In this document: in pieces, positions 12,172-24,289 of the stretch
Layout of the letters: the number at the start of each line of letters is the position of its first letter
How positions within the stretch are numbered: the stretch's first letter is position 1
Assembly (NCBI GenBank): GCA_030295235.1
Contig: AP026134.1
Span: 744,001-808,000, forward strand
DNA length: 64,000 bases
Direction of reading: 5' to 3'
From: Fistulifera solaris
Lineage: Eukaryota
Made by a program: the position numbers and the translations under genes
The notes under the pieces: generated by a model
The model's database searches: none
Told to the model about the DNA's origin: nothing
Seen by the model: the letters and a program-made list of their open reading frames with translations, nothing else

Positions 12172-13170
12172 GTTCCTAGGAAATCTGGTAGTGTAGAATT
12201 AACACCGGTCCAAATAATCTGGACCAGTTGAATTTTCACGTTCCCAGTAAATCTGGTAGAATGGTATTTACACCGGTCCAAATAATCTGGACCAGTTGTA
12301 ATTTGACGATCCCAGTAAATCTGGTAGTGTGGTATTACACCAGTCCAGAAAATCTGGACCAGTTGTATTTTCACGTTCCCAGTAAATCTGGGCGGGTGGT
12401 ATTTACACTGGTCCAGAAAATCTGGACCAGTTGTAATTTGACGGTCCCAGAAAATCTGGTAGAGTGGTATTTACACCAGTCCAGATAATCTGGACCACTT
12501 ATATTTTCACGTTCCCAGGAAGTCTGGTAGAGTGGTATTTACAACGGTCCAGATAATCTGGACCAGTTGTAATTTGACGATCCCAGGAAATCTGGTAGTG
12601 TAGTATTAACACCGGTCCAGAAAATCTGGACCAGTTGTATTTTACGTTTCCGGGAAAACTGTAATTTGATGTTCCCTGGAAATCTGGAAGAGTGGTTTTT
12701 ACACCGGTCCAGAAAATCTGGACCAGTTGTATTTTTACGTTTCCGGGAAAACTGTAATTTGATGTTCCCTGGAAATCTGGAAGAGTGGTTTTCACACCGG
12801 TCCAGAAAATCTGGACCAGTTGAATTTTCACGTACCCAGTAAATCTGGTAGTGTGGTAATTAAACTGGTCCAGAAAATCTGGACCAGTTATAATTTGACG
12901 ATCCCAGGAAATCTGGGCTGGTGGTATTACACCGGTCCAGAAAATCTGGACCAGTTATAGTTTCACGTTCCCGGGAAATCTGGACCACTTGTAATTTTAC
13001 GTTCCCTGGAAATCTGGTAGAGTGGTATTTACAATTGTACAGGAAATCTGGACCAGTTGTAAATTGACGTTCCCTGGAAATCTAGTTGAGTGGTATTTAC
13101 ACTGGTCCTGTTCACGTTGCCCGGAAATTTGGGAGGGTGGTATTTACACTGGTCCAGAATTTTTGGCCCT
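12172..13170. repeat. ~1 kb minisatellite: ~68-bp dimer of two related ~34-bp monomers, each with a CCAG-N-AAATCTGG palindromic core
   Basis: Unit approx. cccagtaaatctggtagagtggtatttacacc-ggtccagaaaatctggaccagttgtaatttgacgat, with about 13 copies of tctggacc. It contains a near-exact ~91-bp internal duplication (~12611-12794). Confidence 0.95.
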
Positions 13171-13293
13171 ATAAAATATAGAGTAAATTCTCTAGTCTAG
13201 ACTTTGGTTATTCCAGTGGAAGAACCGGTTCACCAAGAGTCACCGACTAGCAACTATTTTTATCGTCGAAGTATAAATGCTTAATGAATCTTA

Positions 13294-14553
<1,260 letters not shown>

Positions 14554-14901
14554 TCAAAGACGGCACTCACTGTTGTCTCGGTACGACATGGTACGTGAAT
14601 GAAAGCGGTCGTGGGTGTAAACCCTGATGCCAGGGAAATCTATGACGGCAGACGATCTCTTCGGCACATCGCATACCTGGTATCGATATCGAAGCGATGA
14701 ATCGATACGTGCATTGCTATGTGTAATATTTGAGTTGTAATCTGGTTCGGAGAAACATCGACTCCTGATTGAACAGTAAATTGAGACGAGAACAATATGC
14801 TAGAGGATTCCTGATTTTGCCAAATGAAGCTTGATAATCTAAGATTCGCTCCAGAAAATGATTGTAAGGTGAGAATGATTTTTAATACTTATATGATTGC
14901 T

Positions 14902-16884
14902 TTACTTATCAGCGTAGACCTCTTCCGCATCGCTGTCACTATCGTCATCATCGTCTGCACCTTGTCGTGCCTTTCGGAGTTGTTCCTTCTTCTTGGCAGC
15001 AGCCGACTTGGGTTGGTCATCGTCCTCATGATCGCTGTCTTCATCTTCATCGTCACTGTCTTTCTCAATGTGTGCATTTAGCATTTCTTCAAATAGAGTT
15101 GGTTCGTCATCGAGTACAGCGTCGTCCGGATGGACCTTGTACTCCGGTAATGATGAAGAATCCAAAGTAACCATTTCCACCCGTTGCGTTTCATCAATGC
15201 CCACGTATCCATCCGATTTGACAACCAAATCAAAATGATAGGTACCCTTCGGTGGCGCCATGAATTTGATTTGATGAACAACGTTCTTATTGGGATTCAA
15301 AACTTTCTCAATCGAAATTATTTTGCCCTCTTTCAACTGACCCAGAATAATCCAAAAGGCTTCTCGCTTTGGGAACGGAAATTTAGGAGCATGGGTGAGG
15401 CCAGCCTTTTCACCGTCCGCCAGGTTGTTGCGCGTGATTTTCACTTGCACTGTCACTAGATCGTTTTCGTACACTTGATCATCTTCATCATCGTCAACAA
15501 AGACTTTGCATTCCACTGTAATGTCTGGAAATATTTTTAAAAAGTCGCGAACGTCCTTCTTTTGCTGATCCGAAAATTTCGACAAACCTTTTCGTTCGTT
15601 CTCGGGGATCGCACAATATTCCTTGATCGTCGATACTTTGGTAGCGCCTTTTTCACATTGGGACACCTCTTCGGCAGTGAAATGGGGAATCTGTAGCAAG
15701 GGAGAGTCTTTGACCCACATGGCCTGCGTGACGTATTGTCCCAACTCGATGCAGTTGATGGCGGTCTGAAGAGCATCTTGATGTTTGCAAACCGAAATCA
15801 TGGCATCGATCAATGAAGGAGCCATTCGAAGCATATACTTCAAATCGTCCTTTTCTTGTTCCATCTTCGCCAAGACATCAGTTTGACGTAAAAGATGCGC
15901 ATGCATCAAAACATTGCCCTTGACACAAACAGGGTGATTGAACTTGGGCTTTTGCATAGAACTGCGGACCGCGTTCATCAGAGTAGCAATGGCTTGCTTC
16001 TGTTCCGCCGTTTTAGGGATGTTACGCTTTCGGAATTCAGCACTTCCTGCCAACACCTCGGGTAGCGCTTTAACGATCGAGTTCTCATTCAAAGCATGAT
16101 GAAACCACGAGTAGGTATCGTACATGACATTCTTCTCGCCGTACTTACTCGAGTCGGAGTAGTACCGCCAGACAAAGTAAGGGATAAGTACCACCATGAA
16201 GAGCAAGTAAGCTACCAAGACCAAGTTTCGGTTCTTACTGTCCAACAAGAAAGATGGAAGACCAATAGAGACTTCGAGTGACTGCTTTCCGTCCGGATTT
16301 CCGTACTTTTCCCAATTTTCGCGCGCTGTTTCGTCCGTGAGCGCTTCGTACGCCTTGGAGACCATCATGAACATGGCTTCGGCGGCACGATCTCCCGGGT
16401 TCTTGTCAGGATGGTACTTGAGTGATAAAGAACGGTAGGCCTTTTAATGGTTTTGTTGTCTGCGCCTGCATCAATTTGCAAGATAGAAAAGGGATCAAAC
16501 GAATTGACTTGCCCATCTTGCGATACCGAGATAAGAAGCCAAATGAAAATAAGAGTGAGCACCGAAGTAATGCCCAGGTTAATCAAGAACCCTTGAGACT
16601 TGAGGGTGTTAGCGGCTCGTGACTCTTTCTTTAATTGTTCGGCTTTTTTCTTTCTCTGCGCTGGTTCTCGAAACTGCACCGACCGCCTCATCGTCAACTC
16701 GAATCGCGCTGATTATTCGTTTGAAGATAGAATACCATGCTGCAAGTGAAAGCAGGATAAACATGTGAGATAAATATGTTTTGTAAGCGTTTGAAAGGAT
16801 GAAAACGAAACTTACAAGGAAGGATGTAGAACGAGATGGTGCTCAAGGCAAAAAGTAAAATGCAGAGTTGTCGTATTGCAGCAT
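14902..16884 (-). CDS. SEC63: SEC63 translocon J-domain protein
   Basis: Starts MLQYDNSAF (16884) with an intron at ~16740-16815. TM segments, J domain FDPFSILQI...LSLKYHPDKNPG, YGNPDG, Sec63/Brl domain and an acidic tail; several indels. Confidence 0.92.
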
Positions 16885-17623
16885 CGTATATCCCTCTTTG
16901 ACGACCCAGTAACTAAACTAAACGATCTTTGTCCCTTGCTCTTTCCAGAACCTCTTTGAATGCTGCTATTTTGCAACTATAACTGATAACGAACGTCAAA
17001 AATAGATTGGACGAGTTGTTTGTTGTTTGTCCAGTCGCGTCCGATGGTTTTCGAACAAACGACCGCGTTGTGCCTTCAACAAGGACGAGAAAGAGTGGCG
17101 TTGGCGCCAATTACGTAGTGTCCTACTGCTTGTTGTAGTGTGCTCGCTGAAATGGACTCAAAAAAGTACCTCCAGGAACCTTCCACGCGTAGCCAAACAC
17201 CATGTAAAACATGTACTGGATGCTACGTGTGTCCCGGGAAAAATTGTCCTGGTCTGACTCACGAGTTGTTTGGGATGCAGTCTGTCCGTGCATTTCCGAA
17301 ACGCACTGTGACAGATGACGACATATGAATACCGCTCCGATTACTTCATACTCCGTAGCTCAACATGGCTTTTTTTGCCCCAAATGAAAGCGTACTTTTT
17401 TAGTTCGCCTTCATTCGCTTCTTTTATCGCGATAACGATTTGTCATTGCGCTTCTACTTCTTGTGGCTTCAATTCCTAGTTCTTCTTTGTCGCTATTGCG
17501 TGATTTTTAACATCGTCTTGGATCAGTTTCTTGGTGCTTTATTACCGATTGTGCGGTATATCAACTGCGAACAGCGAGAATTTAGAAAGCAACATACAAA
17601 TCAATTAAAAAAAAGGATCGCAG

Positions 17624-18883
17624 ATGGGATCTTCTCAATCAACACAACGCGACCCAGTTATCTCGCGAGAAAAGGAAATTGAAAGAAATGGAGTGTTGAT
17701 TCCACCAGTATTTGGTCTTCCTAATGTTCAACTGCCTCTCTCTGCTTCGGTGCGGGGACGACTCCCTCGAGGACATCCGTCAATGATCGAAATCCTTCGA
17801 CAAACCGACTCGTCCGTTCGCATTTTACAAGATTATATGAAGACGGGTGTCTGGATTGAAGCCAATTCGCCGTCAGGTTCCCTCGTACACGCCAGTGTGC
17901 AGCCAGAAAAAGGAACTGCATCCGGTAACATTGACGTGGCGTTCCCTATAAAGGGAGACCATTCTGTAGAGATATCTGGAGGAACCGATCATGCACCGAC
18001 TATGAAATGTCACATCAACTGGCAAAATATGATCTGGTTGGTGGCGCAAACCGATGTCGAAGGAAATAGTTGGTGCGGAGTCAATGCTGCGAGACGCTTC
18101 AATTTTTTTGAAGCTGAGAATAAAGATCAGGAATTGCATGTGCAAGTCGGTTCATGGATGACGGGTACCCCAACGAAGACTTCAACGACGACACGGATAG
18201 CCCCGAAGAGTGTGAATGGATACGCCGTTTTGGATTACTTGGGCGCCACGGCGGCTGTCGAAGGCATGTTTCCGCTGCAGGCCGATGCCAACCAGAGTAC
18301 ATGGTATTGCAATTACGGAAACGCGCGAACACGATCCTATCTGTCGATTAATCTCTCAGATCAAACAAATGATGCAACTCCGCCATTGCAGTTAACGTTA
18401 GAGCGATCCGAGTCCGCCACGGGCCAAGGAATGGCAGAATCGTCGATTGGTCTGTCGCAGGTCTTTTCTTTAGATCGACCGCACGTCAACCCCATCGAAC
18501 ACCGAGCCCCCAGGGTGCGCAATACGTTAGGATGGGCCATGCGAATGGAACGAGATTCGCAAGCGAATGCTCGTGTTTCACTGGGGCTGGCTTGGCAAGT
18601 CAATCGGGCGGTTGCAGTCAAGGCAGTTGTGCAACCGGACAACCTAACCACCGCACTACTCCTTAAACGATGGGAGCAACCACGTATCTTATGCAGTCTA
18701 TTACATCGAGTTCATTGGAAGGATGATAAGAAAGGATATTTTGGGATTGGTTTAGAAGTAGAAACGACACCGAATCGAACATCGAAAGCGTTCTACTATC
18801 CCGACAAGTTGAATGTATTTCCGGTTCCTTCCCAACAAGACGTACCGGAGACGAAAGCGACATTAGATGATCGAATGAGCTGA
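17624..18883 (+). CDS. probable mitochondrial outer-membrane beta-barrel protein, OM47 (At3g27930)-like
   Basis: MGSSQS N-terminus; VLIPPVFGLP, NPIE...NTLGW, AWQVNRAVAVK, LKRWEQP and FGIGLEVE resemble, from recall, conserved blocks of plant OM47; alternating beta-strand pattern. Confidence 0.6.
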   Translation: MGSSQSTQRDPVISREKEIERNGVLIPPVFGLPNVQLPLSASVRGRLPRGHPSMIEILRQTDSSVRILQDYMKTGVWIEANSPSGSLVHASVQPEKGTASGNIDVAFPIKGDHSVEISGGTDHAPTMKCHINWQNMIWLVAQTDVEGNSWCGVNAARRFNFFEAENKDQELHVQVGSWMTGTPTKTSTTTRIAPKSVNGYAVLDYLGATAAVEGMFPLQADANQSTWYCNYGNARTRSYLSINLSDQTNDATPPLQLTLERSESATGQGMAESSIGLSQVFSLDRPHVNPIEHRAPRVRNTLGWAMRMERDSQANARVSLGLAWQVNRAVAVKAVVQPDNLTTALLLKRWEQPRILCSLLHRVHWKDDKKGYFGIGLEVETTPNRTSKAFYYPDKLNVFPVPSQQDVPETKATLDDRMS

Positions 18884-18920
18884 TGGTATTAATTTCGTAT
18901 TTGCTTCTTCAGAATCTTTG

Positions 18921-20075
18921 TTATGAGGAAGCAGAGGCATCCGCCGATACCCACTCCCTGGGTTTCTTTAATATTTCGGTCAACTTTGCCTCGGGACTAT
19001 TGGGTGTTATTTGGTGATTGTATTCAAATGCAATGACTGGAGGAGCGGATACCATAACTCCTTCCACACGAGGATTACTGTTTGCCAAACCAAACTTGAC
19101 GCCGCGGTCGTATAGCAGATTAAATTCTAGATACCTTCCTCGCCGAAGCAGCTGCCATTGTTTTTGCTGTTCACTGTATTTCTCTCGGCCTCGCGCCTTT
19201 ACGATAGGAAGCCAGGACGGCATCCACGTATCTGCGACTCCTTTAACAAAGGCTAGTGTCGTTTCCGAAGCCATCATGTCGTCAAAAAATATTCCTCCTG
19301 TACCACGATGCTCGTTGCGTGCGGGCAAATAGAAGTAATCGTCGCAGTCCTTCTTCATGGACTCGTACGTGAATTCCTCATGATTTGGCAAGAGTTCATG
19401 ACAAAGATCTCGATACATGTTGTGAAAGGCTCGAATGTCATCTTCAAAGAGATAATAAGGAGTAAGATCGGCACCACCTCCAAACCAAGCCAAGAATTTC
19501 CCTTGACCCGTGCGCACCATAAAAATACGCACATCCGAACGAAAGGTGGGAACCAGTGGACTACGTGTATGAAACACCAAGCTAAGAGCAGCCGCAGAGT
19601 AGATATCTCCCGCCACGACGACATCTTCTGATTGCCGAGCGCGTATTGTGGCTGCTCGATCGGCCGATAAAATGCCTTCCTTGATTACTGTCAGCGAGCA
19701 AGCACCCTTTTCGATAATTCCTCCGCCTTGAATGACGCGGGTAATTCCTCCACTTTTCAGTGACGTGTCAATAGAACCATTGTCTTGGGCAAACAATCCC
19801 CAGCCATCGCGTGAGAACTTGGATCCATTTTCGATGCTTTCGATCTCGGCAATGATCTTATTTTGTTTTTGTTGAAGAAAATCAACAAACTCGTCGAAAA
19901 TAATACCAGAAGATTGTTTTATGCCTTTGTTTTCAACAGCCTTGCTAGCTGTTGATAGAGCGGACGTCTTCGAGCGAGAGGATGCATGAACGAAGGTAGT
20001 TGGAGGAAGGTATCCAAACACAAGAGATGAGAAGAATAGCCCAATTTTCAAGCAAACAAAAAGGGAGCGTTGCAT
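18921..20075 (-). CDS. hemF: oxygen-dependent coproporphyrinogen III oxidase, plastid-targeted
   Basis: WFGGGADLTPYY, CDDYFYLPARNEHRGTGGIFFDD, RRGRYLEFNLLYDRGVKFGL; presequence beginning MQRSLF. Confidence 0.95.
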   Translation of the reverse strand: MQRSLFVCLKIGLFFSSLVFGYLPPTTFVHASSRSKTSALSTASKAVENKGIKQSSGIIFDEFVDFLQQKQNKIIAEIESIENGSKFSRDGWGLFAQDNGSIDTSLKSGGITRVIQGGGIIEKGACSLTVIKEGILSADRAATIRARQSEDVVVAGDIYSAAALSLVFHTRSPLVPTFRSDVRIFMVRTGQGKFLAWFGGGADLTPYYLFEDDIRAFHNMYRDLCHELLPNHEEFTYESMKKDCDDYFYLPARNEHRGTGGIFFDDMMASETTLAFVKGVADTWMPSWLPIVKARGREKYSEQQKQWQLLRRGRYLEFNLLYDRGVKFGLANSNPRVEGVMVSAPPVIAFEYNHQITPNSPEAKLTEILKKPREWVSADASASS

Positions 20076-20219
20076 CTTTGCTGCCTTCGTTCGTTTTATA
20101 GGCTTCCTTGAGTTGAAATATAAGAGGGGGAATTTAATGAATGATAACCGTACAGTACCTGCGGCTATGCGGTAGGAGGATGACAACAAAGAAGGCTGCG
20201 AGCTTTTCATTTTTTTTCT

Positions 20220-20523
20220 TACATCCCCTTGAAAATGTTACGGAATTTACTTAGTAGTACGACATCAAAAGTGATAGATTGTAATCAGAACACAAAAACC
20301 GCTTCAAGACTATAGCCGACCACCGATTTCATTCAGCTAATTAAATATCGCTTAAAAGTTGAATAACCTTAATTAGATCGATCGTCATGGGCGTTCGCTT
20401 ATGGATTTCACAAACATATCGAACTACAGTCACAAAGCGGTTTTCGATTGGGAGGGGGTGCAATCCACAACTTTTCGTGTCGTTATAATGAAATCCGTAA
20501 GATTCTACAGGGGATTGATTGTA
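20220..20523. mobile_element. degenerate MITE with long imperfect terminal inverted repeats and TA flanks
   Basis: Left tacatccccttgaaaatgttacggaattt versus reverse complement of right end tacaatcaatcccctgtagaatcttacggattt. Inner inverted pair aaaaccgctt..gactatag / ctacagtc..aagcggtttt. The right half is similar to the 60.0-60.5 kb element. Confidence 0.6.
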
Positions 20524-21911
20524 ATAAAGGAAAAAAGAAAAAAAATGCAACCGCAAAAAATCAATGAGGCGAAATAAAAATGGTGATGACAACTTAATCC
20601 GGGTCTAACGCCCACTTTCGAAACGATTGAAGAACATTCAGTAAACTAGCTGATATTGACCAGTAAATGGCGACGAGAGTGGCAAGCGAAGCAAGATTAC
20701 TGCACATTCAGTTGCGCAAGATGTCGGTGTCCTCGTGACGGCCATCTCGATGACGAGTTGCATGTGCTTTCTACCCACTAATCATTCGATATCTTCAAAA
20801 TAAAGGCTGCGACTTAAGAATTCTTTGCCATGCTCGCCCACGGGAGATTTCGACGAATTAGGGAAGACCACAAAAGGCTTATTATGCCATTCTAGTTAAT
20901 CAATCCACTTGCTTGATCAATGATCCACTGTTCAAGAATCACAGGACACAATGACTCAAGACCACGTTCCGCTTCATTGAACGAATTTACGGCATATAGC
21001 GCCGCCGAATCAACAGGAGGTGCATGTAATAATAATTTTTATTTCGTACGAAGTATCGCGGTACCGGTAGTTAAAAAGCGGTACATGCGCTCTTTCTTGT
21101 TGCAGAGTTGTGGTCTCTTAAAGAGCTCTCAATCCAGCTATTCTGATACTGGTACATGTGATGAGTACTTTTCATCAAAGAATAACGGTCAAATGCTACA
21201 CGATTGAGGGACATATCTCTACAATAAATTTCCTCGCTTGATTACGTTTCTTTTTACAAACATCCTTTCGATATAACGCTCAAGGTACCACTTTCTTCAA
21301 ACTGAAAAGATTGTTGAATATTTATCTTTGTCTTGCAGACGCAACTTGATTACAAATTGGAGCGCTTTCGCGGAGTCCCGGAGCCAGTCCTCCACGCTTT
21401 TCAATTCAACTGAAGTAAAAACAAGTCCAATGGACTCACTACCCGATTCGGCGGTTCGACACTAGCACGATTCTCGACTAAGGCTTCCTTCTTCTCAAAC
21501 TTGTGGCGAAGTCAGTTACCTACAAAATTTGGCGACCCACTCCATGGCAAAGGCTTCCGAACAAAATATGGACCTACTGGACACTTCCATGTCCAGTACG
21601 CGGCTTCATTTGTGTCACGGACACTGTTTAATGCGGATGACTGGTCAGCCCCGAATGGTATACTTTTTGTAAGGACGCTGAGTTCTTTGAATAAAAAAAC
21701 TCGCGCAAGTTGCAATGGGCTGTCGAATAATTGCTGGAATTGTAGGGCAAGAGTCTCTAATCCCCTTATAGTTAACCAGCAATCCATTAGATAAGCAATT
21801 CCCGACTCCCGACCGTGTGTTGCGCTCGATGCAATTCTGAAACAGCAAACAACAAGTGTTCGGTTGAACATATCCAAATTGTTCGCCTAGAGTGCACCGC
21901 AGGTATTTTCG

Positions 21912-22999
21912 TCAACTGAGGTAGTCTCTTTGGAGGATATCCGCAGCTTCTTGGGCCCCCGATGGGAACACAAGTGGTTTATTCCATTCACACTCCAGTA
22001 GTGAGTTGCCATTGCCCACAATTGTGCTCACAAGATCCGACCAATCACAAAAGAGAACTTGACCATGCTCGTTGTGCCATTCTTGCAAATAATCGTGCTC
22101 CGGCCAATCAGGTCGATTGATACAGATGGCGGGGACTTGATTCACGACGGCTTCCGTCTGCGTTCCGTAGCCGGTTTTCGTAATTACTAAATCGCAACTG
22201 GCCAATAAATCAATATACGACATATGCTGCTCGAGTGATGATTGCGCTAGAAAATCCGGTCGTTTAGTTGCTTTCTGTAAAACAGTATCGGGCCATATCC
22301 AATAGACATTCTTCTTACGAGGCCATTGATGAAGGGGGAAACCATCCAAAGCGACGCCACCCACACCTACTAAAACAAAACGCGCCGCGTCCTTCTTCAC
22401 TAGTGACTGCAAAGGTCTCTTTTGTCCTACTTGAGCCACCGGAGCGATCGCTTTCCGCATTGGAATAAATTCCATGGGCATACATGGTGTAGGTTGCAAA
22501 AGAGGTCGCACTGTTGGTATGCGTGGATCATTTGGTTGTGGATTTCGGCCGATCCTTTCTCATTTTGACAATAAGAGAGAAAGATATCCGCCCAATTCAG
22601 GGAACAAAGTCCAACATTCGGAATCCCCAACATCGCAGCAGCATCGAGACTGAGATAAGGGACATTACTGAGCAAGCAATCCGGTTGAAGTCGTTCTAGT
22701 TGTCGAGCTGCTGATGCCCGCCGTTCTTGATAATTGCTATGAAACTCCCGATACCAATCCATCGTGGCCTCGACATCGACCGTCAATGCATCGTGCATGA
22801 TCATCCCCTTATCGAGATCGGCTTCCAATAATCGAAACGGACGGTGAAAACGTTCACGGAGTGTCTTCTCGTTGGCAGCACGCGTGCGAATGGTCAGTTG
22901 GTCGATTTCGGGCAAAGCATTTAGCACAGCGGCCGTTTGCGCGACGTGACCAAAGCCGTGTGCCGATATATCTACAACGAGGTGCTTCATTAGCACCAT
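21912..22999 (-). CDS. GT-B-fold glycosyltransferase-like protein (arabinokinase N-terminal-like), bacterial style, intronless
   Basis: DISAHGFGH, SLNWADIF, YIDLLASCDLVITKTGYGT..EAV, RPDWPE; indel(s) near 22430-22500. Confidence 0.7.
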
Positions 23000-23599
23000 G
23001 CTTCCGTGCTTCCGTTCTACTTAAGGATGAATGATAATTTATTTACCTAGTATCTATGAAATTTTGGAAAAAAGCAAAAATAAAATCGTTCTGCTCGTCT
23101 CCTGACATGCTCATGATTGAAATACAGTCGTAGAACCAGCACGCTCGTGGGCTCGTCGGATCTATAGTAACTACTCCGGGGTATAAAAGAGAGCATTCCG
23201 AAGAATTCACGACATCAGGAATCAATACAGGACATGTAAATGTTCTGACTAAATACTATTGGAGGTAAACGACTAGTGCAGCTTACCAAGCGAACAAACC
23301 GAACGTAAGTAGGATTGCTTAAATCACTCACGACAATCATGATTCATGATTGAAACGCAGTCGTGGTAAAGTTACGCGAACACTTTGGTCTATAGTGATC
23401 ACGGACGACAAATTTTCAACCCGCTTTCGGACGTTAAACATCGACCAACATTTTAGTTTTTGCACCAAGTAAAACTGTACAGCTACCAATTCAACTAACA
23501 ACAAACGAATGAAGGTTAAATAATAGCAGTTCGCTGGGGAAATCATGATTCATGACTCATGACTGAAATTCAGTCGTGGTAGCGTTTAGTTATTACTCC

Positions 23600-23945
23600 G
23601 TATTGGGATGGCAATGCATTTGTAATAACTTCACTTTCCTAAAAAGATATACTGGAGCTCCAATGCAGTCGTGGATGAGTGTGTTAACAGTTTTGGTACT
23701 TAAGTCTTAAGTGTATTGGTGGGAAGATGAAACTATTCGCAATGATTTTGACACTAGCATATCGTTATGTCTATTGCAATGGTAAAGGTGATGCTTAGAT
23801 TTTGCTATTAAATAGAAATCGAGCATACTAAGCTCACCAATGAATGGACTTTAAGTGGTTAACCATTTTGCGTTGTGTTGCTGCATAATGTTTCTTGTCG
23901 TATTGAAGAATCCTTCGCAATCCTTAAAGGCCGATGTGCTAACGC
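23600..23945 (+). pseudogene. possible decayed PIF/Harbinger (HARBI1-like) transposase fragment
   Basis: Scattered frames give DG-x-H-like (~23607), (Q)AVVD (~23661-23676) and RIEESFAILKGR (23899-23934), similar to the Harbinger IE.AFGILK.R motif. Many stops. Confidence 0.35.
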
Positions 23946-24289
23946 TGTTTTATGACTTGCTATACAGGTACACTCGTTAACGACGGGCTGGGACAGAGTA
24001 ATGCCCAAACAACAGCCCTACACTGTCAAATTGGCTCGAAAGTCGGCTTGGCCTCTCGAAGTATACAACCCTGCAAAATATATGAATATCTATAACCATG
24101 GGCTATGGGCTGACTGTCATTTTTCGCGCGTGGACGGTAATCGTTACAATGTGCGATAACAATGGCGTTGTATCCGCAATGTTTGTTGTCCTGCAAGAAA
24201 AATTGAGCAATTGGTAGGCAAGCCTCTAGTCGACCGGATCACTAATCCATTGGTTGATTGTTATCTCGTCAGATGGGGTGCACATGCCC

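Noticed and set aside
12060..12180. Hammerhead ribozyme upstream of the array (CTGAC..gcc/ggc..GAAAC)
   Set aside because: It lacks the CUGANGA core and convincing stems I and III.
12048..12831. Repetitive ORFs (MKIQLVQIFWTG...) as protein genes
   Set aside because: They are translations of the satellite; the unit length does not preserve frame, and similar ORFs occur on both strands.
12172..13170. CRISPR-like array (palindromic repeats at regular spacing)
   Set aside because: The intervening segments are variants of each other rather than unique spacers, there are no cas genes, and the context is eukaryotic.
12162..13173. Harbinger-type ends around the satellite (taa|GGG ... CCC|tat)
   Set aside because: Only 3-4 bp of inverted match, and the putative TSDs differ.
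14590..14830. snoRNA or other ncRNA between KRR1 and SEC63
   Set aside because: Only partial box C/D-like words and no terminal stem or recognisable guide; no tRNA or rRNA was recognised anywhere in the window.
20900..21900. Gene in the short ORFs between the MITE and the glycosyltransferase
   Set aside because: Only short, stop-interrupted ORFs with no recognisable motifs; possibly decayed coding sequence, but unsupported.
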